A DNA stretch of 58,941 bases, filler included, from Sphacelaria rigidula (taxonomy: Eukaryota), in the NCBI GenBank assembly GCA_964200075.2. It is 6 parts of 6 records of this genome, joined end to end, with 100 filler letters (N's around TTAATTAATTAA, not from the genome) between each part and the next. Parts side by side here need not be neighbours in the genome. Positions count along the whole stretch, not along the records: positions 9,843 to 19,583 come from CAXNAA020007860.1; positions 19,684 to 29,423 come from CAXNAA020007861.1; 4 more parts are not named here. The stretch is one strand, 5' to 3'. Shown in pieces: positions 12,013 to 24,232 of this stretch. The notes under the pieces are model-generated. The model saw only the letters and a program-made list of their open reading frames with translations, was not told the DNA's origin and did not search any database. Both the position numbers and the translations under genes were made by a program. Position 1 is the stretch's first letter; each line of letters opens with the position of its first letter.

Positions 12013-14261
12013 TTGGCAAACCAAAAATCGGCGACATCGGCGCCGATCATGACAAAAACTCGTCCTGCGCACGCTAGGAGGCACTTGGGACTGCCACCCC
12101 TACCAAGGATCCGAATTTCGGTGTTACATTCAAACCAAGTAATATCAACTATGAATAAAATAATTCCGAACTGGGACAACTCCACCACTGACTGTAATTA
12201 TGTGCCTTGCAGCGCATTACTTTCACTTATTTGCGGGAACATCCAATTTGCAAAGCCTGGGCCAAAAGAGTGACTGAACTGACTAAAGAGTAATACTGTA
12301 TTGTAGAATAAATGTGGCAATGGAAAAAATCGCACTGGCGGGGCGTGAAAATCCCTCCCGAGAAATGGCTGATTCAAGATGGCAAATTCAAATTCTACAT
12401 GCAATTTAAACGACAAAAGCCGAGCACACTGAGCTGCTGGCAACTCCAACGCTTGGGGTCGTCGTCATCAATACCGCTCATTTATGCGCGCCATGCAGTC
12501 TGGAACCAGCCATCGTGCGCTGTATGGAATTTTTCTTCGTGACAGTTGTGGGGCAGGTTTTAGGGGGGGGGGGGGGGGGGCTCATCACGGCATCACTAAC
12601 TGCCGCTTCAATTCTTTTCCCGCACAAAAACCCGATAAAGTACTCTTCCCCTTGAAGCGAAGTGGGGACATTGTCAACGTGATGCGGATGATCCTTATAC
12701 CAAGAGCACAGTCCACGACCAGGATAATACACAATAGAGACTTGGAAGCGCACTCGGTATATGCTGCAGCAGGCTAGCAAAAAAGCACTTTGCGCAGCAT
12801 GGCAAGGGCTCGAGAACAGCGAACGAATACAGAGAAGAGGCTTGGCTTCGCAGGAAGACTTCAAGTCGGTCTGCTATACCAGGTTCATGTGTCCCAACCG
12901 TCGCGAGACATATGCCGAAACAAGTATTTCTACACCGGGAAACATAACTTGATGCAAACTGTCAACTTAAATAACGCAGAGATCCTTATTCTTTCGGTAC
13001 TGTCTACAACTTCGTCAACTGGTGGGCCACTTCCATGGTTCGAGCATGATTTTCACTCGACCACGCAGTAAAAGTGCGTTTGAAGGGGAAATGCCCTCAT
13101 CAGCGGCGGGGTAGGGGTCAACAGTGGCATTGCTCACGATTTTTTGCTTTTGTCACCAAGTTTTACAGCCACCGTTGCCACTACTACGACCGTCACTGCT
13201 ACCACACTGCACACCAACGGCAAGTTTTTTATGGAAGCCGCCGTCGAATTACTCCGACGGCCAAAAAATCCGGATTTTTCTCCATCAGACTGACGTGCGG
13301 GAGACAGGCAAGATCTTGTCTTTTCTTGGAAGTTCATTGACGAGGTTGTCCGCGCGACAGGCTTCACCTTTTGAGCCAGATAAAAAACGGGGCATTACGA
13401 AAACACGAAGCGAAAGAGTGGCGAAGCAAGGCGTGCCATATCAAACAAAAGCACAGAAGTCAACAAAATATGTCACCGGACGAGCAGTCCTCAAGCGTCA
13501 CGGGTGATTAAGCTTTCCGGCCAAATTGGTGATGACAACCGGGGGACTATGGATGGTTTTGTATCCTGCTGTTGCGGCACGAGAATGCAGCGGAACTCCG
13601 GCGAGCTACCGAGTGCTGACGACTCCAGAGCCAACTTGTGACACCTCTCATCCCGTCCCTAACGCAACATCCCGCCGAAAAACTTCTCCTTGTAGGATGG
13701 AAACGATAGGGCAATTGCAAAGTTGAACCAAGATCGAACACTGTCTTGCTAGAACTAGGGCAATCGAGGACGGCGTCTTCTGGTTGAACATGAGGTGGAC
13801 ATTTTGATAATATTGTAAGCGTTTGACGTTAGGAGAGTGACGGATTGATCAATTGATTTGTCGCACTTCAACTGCCCACCGAGGGATCCAGCCATGGTCA
13901 CATTATAGAGAGGGGTAAAATACAAAGCAGTAAAGACGACTGCGCGCAAGACAGTCAATCTCTACATGCTTCGGTACGTGTGATGAATCGCAGAAATACG
14001 ACTACGAAGGTGGATCACGATCGGCAAAACCTGATAGTGGATATCTGCACGTCAACCCTGCAGCAACTAATACGCGAAACCCCATGTAAAGACAAGTTTT
14101 TTTTATAGTTTTTGGTACTAAAAGCGACCTGCCACCGATAGTCTCAAATATATATTCAAATGCATGACGCACCACTCCGTACGCACAGCACATTGCCGCG
14201 TGTTGCCTAAACTATCATCAACCAACACACGGACAACCATAGGCAGGATGCACCTGCCCAC

Positions 14262-14330
14262 AGTTTTGGGCGTGCCTGACCCCTCAAACTGGGCAAGACA
14301 AAGTGTCACCGACCGAAAACACACACAGAC
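14262..14330 (+). repeat. Dispersed repeat core; other copies at ~19322-19390 (-) and ~58588-58660 (+)
   Basis: TGGGCG-GCCTGACCCC--AAA-TGGGCAA-A-A--GTGTCA-CGACC-AAA-CAC is present in all three. Confidence 0.7.
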
Positions 14331-15021
14331 AGGAAGAAGTATTGACTTTGTGACTTGTCCGTGCTAGCGGGAGTAAAATGCGCCTCACGCCATCGGAAGA
14401 GAGCAACACGAATCCAAACTTCACATCGAGAAAAAGCGGACTGCATTATAAACTCAGAACCCCAACGTGGCTGTCAGTACCATGCAATATATCAGGAGCG
14501 ATAACAGAAATCATGGACGGAGGAAGGAATAAATGGACCGGCAAAACAAGAGCAAACGCGAGGCAGCAGACACCTAGACGCTGTTAGCTTCGTCTTGCGT
14601 TGTAGAACACGTCTCGCCGTCCCAGCAGTCGCAGCTGCGCACACGTAGCACGCGAAATATTCTACACCGGGACCACAAGTGTGGCTTGTAATGATGCTCT
14701 TGTTCGTCTCGAGGAAAATATATTTGCCGTGCATCGGATCTAATCAAAGTATGGTAGCTAAGGTTGCGCATGTGCGATTCATTTCGGGCATTTGCGCTTT
14801 CATTTGCATCGGCTGCTCTTCTTTGCATTGCCAACTGCGACGGTAACATTATTCGTGCACCCGGGTGCACCGTCGGTAACCATGCTTACCCTGGGATAAT
14901 GGTAAAAGCACGCGCGGCTGATGAGTGCTACATGATCACCCTGACCGTGGTGACTTGAGAACACTTTCAATCGGAGCCAGCAAAATCGACGTGGAGTACA
15001 GTAGTACAATGAGAACATGAT

Positions 15022-16024
15022 GTCGCACTCTCTCTAGTCTCTCACTCGTCATCGCGTGGTTGAGTCTGCGTGACATCCCACTGCTAGCTCGAATACAAAA
15101 CATGATATGTGTTGATCATTTTCAAGTCCCAAGTATTACGCTCGCTTACTCCCATCCTCCATCCATGTATGATGCACGCCAACAACTCATGAAAGGAAAA
15201 TAGTTGCCGCTTTGTGTACCTAGAGAAGCACAGAAAAATCAAGGTAGAGAGCGTGGCGTGTACCGGAACAGACAACATCATGGCGACTACATAATGTTTT
15301 CCTGTCTGTTAGTTATGCCAAGTCCACCGGTACCGCCGTATGCGCCATGCCGTCAGCATTCGTCCGCTCTTATAAAGATCATGGAGAACGTGTCACCCCG
15401 AGGGTGGGTCCTCTGTTTCTTGAGGACAATTTTCACTCCAAGAATGCCCACCCTGGCGATAAAAGGATTAGATTTCACGGGTGGCGGCAGAAAGGGGTCA
15501 CGCTCCCCGGCGCTTTGGTGAAATCTGATCCGTCAGTGATACCCATGGACGAAGGGAGGAACGCAGCGGGAGGACACAGAAAAAGACGAAACTGCACTGT
15601 ACGGCGTTGTACAATATTCTGTGTTTCAGTTGGGCTTCAGTGCACATACATCGACATGTGTACCGTCCTGTCTCCATCTCATCACTCACTTTGTTGTAGA
15701 GACGGCGCAGCGCAATTGGCGGTACCGATAGACTCAAATCAACTAGCAGTGCAACTTAATATACTCGTCATGACGTTGTCTGTTCCGGTACACGCCACGC
15801 TTTCGATCTTGAGTTTTCTGTGCCTCAGGGTACGCAAAAAAACAACTCTATCCCTTCATAACTTATCGTGTGCATTATGCATGGATGGAGGATGGAAGTA
15901 GGCGAGCATAGACTTTTGAGCTTCAAAACAATGAACAGAGCATTCTGCAGTTCTTGAGCTGGCAGTGGGATGTCATGCAGACTCGACCACGCGACGAGTA
16001 GTGAGAGATGTGAGAGAGAGCGAC
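15022..16024. mobile_element. ~1-kb foldback element with ~265-bp inverted arms (15022-15287 / 15765-16024)
   Basis: AGCGTGGCGTGTACCGGAACAGACAAC pairs with GTTGTCTGTTCCGGTACACGCCACGCT, and GAGTCTGCGTGACATCCCACTGC pairs with GCAGTGGGATGTCATGCAGACTC. A third arm copy lies at ~17170-17390. Confidence 0.75.
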
Positions 16025-16456
16025 GTCAGGTTACTGCCGGAGATGCAAATCGCTCACAAAACACATGAAAATATTCCCCCAAAAGTGTCCCGCCTCTTCC
16101 TGATAGACAAATCAAGCTAGCCACTCAGAAACAAAGGATCCGACCGGTCGGTCCCAAGAGAACCCCGGAAGGCCTTCTGCGCAGATTACACATATAGTAC
16201 GGCCGCAGGTGCATTGCTCATGGGCGTACTGATCATCTGTCAAGCGAAGATGATTCCCATGCAGATGCCCACCCTGGGGGTGACTATAGACAAAGCTGAA
16301 TTAAAACAGAGAACACAATGCAGTACAAAAGCTGTGTGGTACAGTGCGGTGCGGTGTTGTCTCATCTCTCCCTCCACTGCTTTTCTTCGCTTCTTCACTG
16401 GGCACCATGAATGATCAGATTTCACGAATCCTTTGAAAAGCGTTGAGCTTGTGCGC

Positions 16457-17105
16457 CTCTACGGTGGGTCACCTGGGTCTTGCGTTCATCTTTCAAGGCA
16501 AAATGACGCCAACGTACAACAGATTACTCTCCCTGAAGGTGGTTGTATATAGACGGACAAAGCCGAGCAAGGCTCAGTACAGTACAGGAAATGTAGCACG
16601 ATGTAGGACAGTACATTTGAGGAGAGTGTTGTCTTCTCTCCCGCACCTCCCTGCGTTCCTTCCCACTGCTCCCATCATCTATGGCCATCACCATGGACCA
16701 GGTTACAAGAAGCTTTTTGAGAACGTGAACTCGTCCTGCCCCCAGCTCTAGAAGTAAACTCTTGGACCTCCACGGCGGGAAATCTGGGTCTTGCATTCAT
16801 CTTTCACGTCAACATCACGTAAATACACAACAGATGACTCGCCCTGAAGGTGGTTGTATGTAGATGGGCAAAGCCGAACAACAAGGCACAACAGTACAAT
16901 ACAGGGCAATGCAGTACAAGGAAATCCAGCCCAGTTTTGTAGTGTTGTCTTCTCCCCCTCTCCCTCCGTGGCTTCTTTCCCATTGCTCCCATCATCTATG
17001 GATAGAACCATGAACCAGATTACAAGAGAACTTTGGAGAGTGTGAAATCGTTCTGCCCCAGGCTATGTACATGAACCCTTGGGCCTCCACGGTGGGCAAT
17101 CCGGT
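16457..17105 (+). repeat. Tandem repeat, ~311-317-bp unit, two full copies plus partial copies on both sides
   Basis: Units start at ~16457, ~16768 and ~17085 (CTC-ACGG-GGG...C-GG-TC). The two full units share CCCTGAAGGTGGTTGTAT and TGCTCCCATCATCTATGG. Confidence 0.75.
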
Positions 17106-19583
17106 TCCCGTCCATATTTTGAGTCAAATCATGTCAATTCAGTATCTGCAAACACAACACTGAAGCTTCATGGCAGCGCAGGGATGATGTACAGACGGCA
17201 GGTTTCATGTGGCGGTAAAGGTGGACTCTGCATAACGGAGAAAAAGAAGAGCACAAGACAGTCACCGTGTTGTCTGTTCCGGTACACACCACGCTCTCTA
17301 ACGTGGGTTCTCAGAGCGACTGAATACACACGCGACAGCGTTTTGTTATTCATTTTCTCACGGAGTGCATTATACACGGACATAGTTTTACGCACCTAAA
17401 AAAGTTACTCCGGCTCAGACTTATTTTCCCTTCTTGCCTCCCCCGTCCCGTCTGTTTTTTTCTTCATTTGCTTTTGCCGGGGACGGTGGTTTGTTGGGGA
17501 GAGTCCATGGATAGGCCGGCTAAGTCAGAGACGATCTCGTCGACCACGAGTGCAATTCGAGCGCTGTTTCTTGCGTTGTGCGCTCCAAATCACAATACAT
17601 CTTGTGATGACCTCGCTTTCCGGGAACGTCCCACGCTCGGCACACCAGACGGCAAAAAGTATTTGTTTACAGAGTTTCTGTGAGCACTAGAAGAGTTGAG
17701 AAAAAAGCAAGTTACCTTGCAATGCGTGTCAGGGTGTGGACGTGTATGTGGCGCCCGAACAGGGAGGGCGTCGCTCGAACGCACGATTTGCTCGTTCCAA
17801 GGATGTGGTGTTCAATCAAGTGTATCCACATGGAAGAAAGAAAACGAGGATGAGTTGTCTATGGTCGATAAAATTCCGTCGAACGGCCTGACGAAATTCG
17901 GAGGCCAACACCCCCCCGATTCGCATCCCTGATTTTTGTACTGCTGTACTCTGCGTTGGTTACGCCGGCTTCGATAGAAGGTGCGACCCAAGTTGCACCA
18001 CGGTCGGGGCCGTGGTCATGCGGCATAGACTAGAAGCACGTCTTTTTGCCATTATCCCAGGGTGCGCATGAATATCGATGATGCACACATATTCTTTCCG
18101 CAACTGCGAGTGCTCACTCACGGCTGCCTACAGCAGCGACGGCGCGGCGTGCGCAGCTAATCATATGTGTTCCCTCGTTTTGCGTATGCAGAGTACCATA
18201 GGTTCATAGCGTCTTGTTGTGGAGCCCGCCATTGGCAGACGGTGTGCACAAATTTGTGTGCCGATCCTTCGTAATGATTATAGACGTAGCCGACACCGAG
18301 CACCAGTCGCTGTCTGCACTTCAGCTCGTCTAGGTTTTAGTATTGCCTAACCGTAAAGCGAAATATTGTCCATGAATGGAGCACGCTAGCTAGGAGCACA
18401 GCCCCCAATCAAGATCCAAATTGTGGCAACCCCCCCCACGATTTTGCACTCACGTTTCGAGGGGAGTCATACATATGTAGTGGGCATGACGTGGTTGTAG
18501 TTGGAGCTACTCCTCAAGTATGTATGTCGCGAGTCCCCATACAGATTCATGGTCATGTGGTGTGTGTTTCCATAATCACCACAACTCTCAAACGTCAATT
18601 GCAACAACGTTCGCCAAAACACAGCTACGGCTGACCTCCAGGGTATTTATTACCTCCCTAGGATCCGAGTTTTATTATGAATCAAGTGGGAATATATATA
18701 TATTTATATAAACATACAAGCCGTACGGGATCCGGGGCTGCGCCCCGGTCCCGTCCGTCTTTTTCGAGGGTTTCGGCATTCTTGCCTTGCCAAGCCCTCG
18801 TGAAAGCCCTGGTGAGAATATATCCTCTCTCGACATAATGTTCATGCCCGCCGGAAACATTGCAGGACCACCGCCATCGCGCATCCGTTCGAACGGTCGA
18901 GAACGTGTGTGTACCCCCAGACAAAGTAAAGTAGGAATCCGCTAACCGGGCCCGTAGTATTAGCATTGGTCCGAACAGTCATCTCCCGGGGCGGGTGCGG
19001 AGGAACTTGCACACTAAAACCAGCATTGAATCTCGTGGACGCCTCGTTACAAAGTATGCTTGACGCTCGTAAGTTCGAAATATTCTATATGTATATATGT
19101 ACTATTATGTTGATTTCTCGATCACCATGACTTCTTCCGCAAGACGCTAGATGGCAGCTGTGGCTTAGACGAATATATGCCGATGAGTAGCCATGGCACG
19201 CCGTGGTTCGTAGTCTGAGACGAGAAAAATGAGATGGCGTTACGTAAAAGCCCCACACAAATCACAAGTACTTCGGGGGATTTTACGGCGTGCCTCATCA
19301 GGGGATGAAACAAGATGTGCGGCCTGTTCGTGTTTTCGGTCGATGACACTTTTTTTTGCCCATTTTAGGGGGTCAGGCGCGCCCATTACGGTGCGTGTGG
19401 ATACGCTGTCTCTCACTCTTATGCGCAAGAACCTTCGAGTCTTTTGTCGGCAAATCCCGGCGAAGACGATCGCGGAACCGCCAACAATTTCTATGGGTGC
19501 GTATATGTACAAATGCGTACAACAGTTTAACCCTTTTGGAACCGTTGATGGAAAACTGAGGATTTACAACTGAGGTTTTTCCC

Positions 19584-19683
19584 NNNNNNNNNNNNNNNNN
19601 NNNNNNNNNNNNNNNNNNNNNNNNNNNTTAATTAATTAANNNNNNNNNNNNNNNNNNNNNNNNNNNNNNNNNNNNNNNNNNNN
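19584..19683. other. Artificial contig linker
   Basis: 100-bp N-TTAATTAATTAA-N. Confidence 0.98.
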
Positions 19684-19835
19684 ACGGCATAACTGCTTGC
19701 GCGTCATGGCGAGTCGACTCGTATAAATCTTGATTTGTCCTGACCTTGAATGGTTGGGCTCACACGCTTTCATGATGCCGTTCCTCGGTGTGCTGTCACC
19801 TTGGCTCTTGTAGACATATGTTGCCATTATACTGA

Positions 19836-20159
<324 letters not shown>

Positions 20160-20439
20160 TGAGTGGACGGCATTGACACACCAACTATATCTCGCGGCTC
20201 ACTAGATGCCACCCACCCACATGCCACAAGGTAGCTGGACACGAAGATATCTGTACAACTTCCACGTCCGAGCGTTGATTGTGTAGACGTGCATGAGGGC
20301 ACACTTCCAACATATTCCATGGCACGCTGGCGGCTACTGTTGGAGGATCATAGACCGCTCAGGTCGGCGTCAGGACTCGTTATGTTTATGTCCACTCAGA
20401 ATCGTGTCGAACTCTGTCTTTTCCTGCCATCTTTCGCAG

Positions 20440-20532
20440 TTCGTGAATCTCATGTACGGCCCGTGGAAGATCGACCCCAGCGAGAAGAAGAAAACAGCGG
20501 CGAAGCTTATCTGCCTCGGAAAGGAGCAAAGG
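20440..20532 (+). CDS. GSR: Glutathione reductase, internal exon (FVNLMYGPWKIDPSEKKKTAAKLICLGKEQR)
   Basis: Acceptor CTTTCGCAG and donor GTGAGA, 93 bp, phase 0. It bridges the flanking exons in frame. Confidence 0.88.
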
Positions 20533-21352
20533 GTGAGAAACCCGTGTCACGTTATACACGCGGGTAGTAGAGCAGTGCCTCGTCGTCTTGGGTCTCGACG
20601 AAGCGACGCGAATTTTCCAACGTCTGATACGAGCTGGGCCAGCTCGAAAGCTGCTGAAACTTGCTCACACCACAGCTTCCCCAGTTTCCCGAATGAACCC
20701 GATGTGAGCATATCAATGTGAAGTGTAGACTGACCTGGTGACACACGGCACCGCCGCTGAGTGAAAGAAAAAGTTGAAGAAAAATATACTGCATAATGTA
20801 TGACCTTAACGATGGACGGAAAAAATAAATAATATGTCGGGATTCGAACTCATGACCTCCATAATTGGAGTCTCCCATCACTTGATTTATACGAGTAGGG
20901 GTGCAGCAGCGTCACGGAAAATGTTGAACGCACGGCCCAATTCGACGAGTCTTGAGCTGAAATTTCAGGAAGACCTTCTGCGCCCAAGGAACTCATACTT
21001 CACGAGTCCAGCTGCAGATTCCCCTTTTTTTCCTGGACTTCTGGCATTATCTTGTTTTTGTTGAAATTTCAAATGCCCATGTCTTCTTCTCAACGTGATC
21101 CTCTGTATTTCGATCATGGAAAGCTACTGTCGAAATTTCATCAACTTATAATATCACGCCGTGCGTCGCCTGAGCGAGATTCACACCTACTCTTGGCTGG
21201 CCCAGCTCGTACTTTATTTTAAGTCACACGTTATGTTCCACTCTCCGGCAGACGCGACTTCGGAGTTCGTCGCACAACTTTTGATGATATGTCTGCATGT
21301 CGTGTGACAGCTGCAGTTGACTTCACGGAATCATTGCGTTTGCCACGGGCAG

Positions 21353-21535
21353 GTGATCGGCCTACACGTCATTGGGGAGGGGGCAGATGAGATGCTGCAA
21401 GGATTCGGGGTTGCTATGAAGCTTGGAGCTACCAAAGCGGACTTTGACTCCTGCGTAGCTATACACCCCACTGCTAGCGAGGAATTGGTGACGCTACCAC
21501 CATGGGGGTTGGCAGGAGAGCGCAGCCGGTTATAG
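21353..21535 (+). CDS. GSR: Glutathione reductase, last exon
   Basis: [48 protein letters not shown] contains the catalytic HPTxxEE motif and ends ...GERSRL*. Confidence 0.93.
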   Translation: MIGLHVIGEGADEMLQGFGVAMKLGATKADFDSCVAIHPTASEELVTLPPWGLAGERSRL

Positions 21536-22094
21536 TTCTAATTAGGGTACAACCACCAGCGCTGTAAGGAAAGACATACAGCGTTCGAAGATAGTTTGCG
21601 AAGACCGTTGGGGAATGCCCCCGTTGCTTCACAGAAGCGCGCTACTTATTATCCACACGTACGTCACGCCCCCTCGAGGGTAAGGACGTCTCTAGTGTAT
21701 TGTCGTGCAGCTTGTTCGACAGGAAAGTGTGCTTGTGCCCGCAAGAACGTGCCCCCGTTCCTCGCTGCATGGCGTGAAACACACGACAAACTCCATGGCG
21801 CTACTGTACGGCAAATGGCTTGTTAGAGGACATTTTTTGCCATGTTTGTTCCCCGACGTTGTTGATCTGATAGCAATCCCGTATTCCTACGCACGTGTGC
21901 ACGCTGTGTGTATTTAGTCCAGAAAATATGTTCTTGATGTCGGGCCAAACGTAGAACCTTTTTTTTACTCCGAAGACGTTTGCACAGATGAGCCTCACTT
22001 GTGTAGCATAGGGTTGAAAACAACGGCTTGTACTCGTGCCTGAGCATGTTGCAAAAAGCAGTAGTCAAGGCAAGAGCAGCGAAGGCACTTCCTC

Positions 22095-22221
22095 CAGGGG
22101 GGGGAGGGGGGTGTATCCATGGTCATGCATGCCATAGTCATGTGACCATTGACCTCGCATCCCTACAAAGCCGGGACGGAGCACGCTGGGTTTTCGCCGG
22201 ACCAGGCTCGTTCTTCAGGGG
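22095..22221 (-). mobile_element. 5'-truncated oligo(C)-tailed retroelement end, probable CAGGGG target duplication
   Basis: The G-run at 22097-22111 is followed by ~100 bp matching 9675-9742 and, as reverse complement, 57349-57445. CAGGGG occurs at 22095-22100 and 22216-22221. Confidence 0.75.
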
Positions 22222-23130
22222 TGAATATCAAGTGGTACCCTGCGCTTGGAAACATACTGCATTTTCGATTCAGTCTAAGCGTCTAAGAGTATACTCGAGT
22301 AGTCGAAAAAGAGGAATTAATTGTTTATGGGCTCATTGTTTCCATATCTGATCCGCCGTTTTACGGTCCTAGATTTGGACTTCCTCTTCGTTCTTCTCGT
22401 GTATTTGTAAAATATCCCTAGTGGGCTAGCAGTGGCCTAGAAAGATGCGGGACGTGGACCTGTATCTCAGGTAAGTCACAACGTGGTTACTTCGGGAAAG
22501 CGGAATAGGTTCTTCTCGCACATACACTCACTAGCCGGGTAAATATCTCGTTACTTGTTGAAAACGCCCAACAACGGCCAGCTGTTCGTGCATGTGATTG
22601 AAGTACATCATTGAGCAGACGCAGGTCGCGTGCGGTAGGTGCTGACGAGATGCCATTATTATTGAACAACTTGAACTTTCCGGTTCGCTGGGGCAAACTC
22701 TCCATCGCTGCCCACTGTTCTCTCGGCCGGAGGATTGAGATAAGTAGCGCCGGTGCGTCCAGCTGTCGAATGCAGACACCTGTACAACAGTTGAACGTGG
22801 CAAGGCGATGCGACTCGAGTTACCCACCATCCATGTTGAGGTACCCCAGGACCCTTTTCTTGGAAAACATGCGCTGCATCCTGGGATGCGACGTAAATTT
22901 GTAAGGGCGTGCCCTCACTGCCGTAGAGTGCGTTTTGGCCAGCAAAATATTGAGAAATAGTGCAGTGTGGAACGTAAAAAATATGAAAATCTTCGAGGAA
23001 TACATTTCACAGTGGGAAATTAATCGTTCGAAGATGCGCGTTGACTAAACATTCCTACTTTGGTGGAAGGCGGGCAGAGAGGCGTTCAGCCAAAGCCAGT
23101 TGCAGAGTTATACCAATGGCAACCAATCTC

Positions 23131-23495
23131 GACGGCCCCGATGGCTCAGTTGGTAACCTCGAAACCGGCTAACGGCTGGGTCGTGGGCTCAATTCTCGGA
23201 GCGATCTGGGATTTTTCTCACACCATCCCCAACAACAGTGGAAAGTGAATATACCGTGGGTACACAAAATTCGATTTAACGATCGACGAGGGAAAGGGAC
23301 TGCTAAACCCCCTCTCGCGATGAACAATATCGGCAAGCACCGCAATAGGAAGATGGGGTACTAAGAACGAATAAAAAAGAAACAGCTCCTGTGTTGACCT
23401 TCCTTCCTCCTGTGTGACCCCGGCTGGTGCGCTCACATATACCGAAAGGTGTTGACCGGCGTCCAGAATAGACGGGACGACAGCACACACACACA
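23131..23495 (+). mobile_element. tRNA-derived SINE-like element with (CA)n tail
   Basis: Pol III A-box-like TGGCTCAGTTGG (23142-23153), degenerate B-box GGCTCAATTC (~23186-23195), a body shared with 1277-1382, and a CA-repeat tail. Confidence 0.65.
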
Positions 23496-24232
23496 ATAAT
23501 GCACCTTCAAGACGGGGACGTTGAACGTTGAAAAATTGCAAATAATGACGCACCCAACCAAACGTTTATGCCATCCCCCCTCTCTATTTTGCACCAGTGC
23601 ACGGACAGGATGTATGCTCAGGGATAAAGATCACCCGTTCCCGGGGGAAAAAATGTCCTAATATTTTCCCAACGATGCCCTCATATCCCCCCCCGCACCC
23701 CAACAACGTTGAACTACTCCAAAAAGAGAAGATACACAGCAGCGACGATGCCCAAATAATAAATAATATGAGGAGTGATGTCAACGCTGAGCGTGGTTTG
23801 GAATGAGACGTGGTGGTGGGGGAAATGCTGCCAAGATGGCCGATGCCCAGTTTCGTGATGGCGGCACAAAATCTGTGAGCCCGTCTTCCTCACACCAAAT
23901 CCAGCCATTAAAAGAGTCATAGCTCCTTGTGTGTAAGACTCGTCTGGATGATCCGCTGCACGCACTAAACTGTACACGCGATAATGCTACCCACCGCGTC
24001 GCGGATGATGGCTTGACCAAGTTGGTGAACCTTGAAGACGGAACTAACTATAGTATTGTTTTAACTGTTTGCAATTATCAAATGTAAACATTTTCTCAGA
24101 TCGAACACCGGTTCATAGCTTTTTGCTGTTGTAGTAAAAAGGACGACGCTGTATAACTCTGCCAATGCGCCCGGAACAAATGTTCGAGCCTTTACCCATG
24201 GGAACAACATGAAATAGACAAAAAACAGCTTA

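Noticed and set aside
14262-19390. 5-kb transposon bounded by the inverted copies at ~14262 and ~19390
   Set aside because: Similarity is limited to a ~70-bp core that also occurs alone at ~58588; there is no TSD or transposase between them.
9843-19583. Upstream exons of the SAPS gene or of glutathione reductase
   Set aside because: This is a separate contig, and no exon with matching motifs was recognised.
20834-20890. tRNA-like fragment on the minus strand (GAGTTCGAATCCC) in the glutathione reductase intron
   Set aside because: Only the T-loop/B-box is recognisable; probably a decayed SINE, too weak to call.
23131-23215. tRNA gene
   Set aside because: The B-box is degenerate, no convincing acceptor stem was found, and it continues into a repeated body with a CA tail, so it is better explained as a SINE head.
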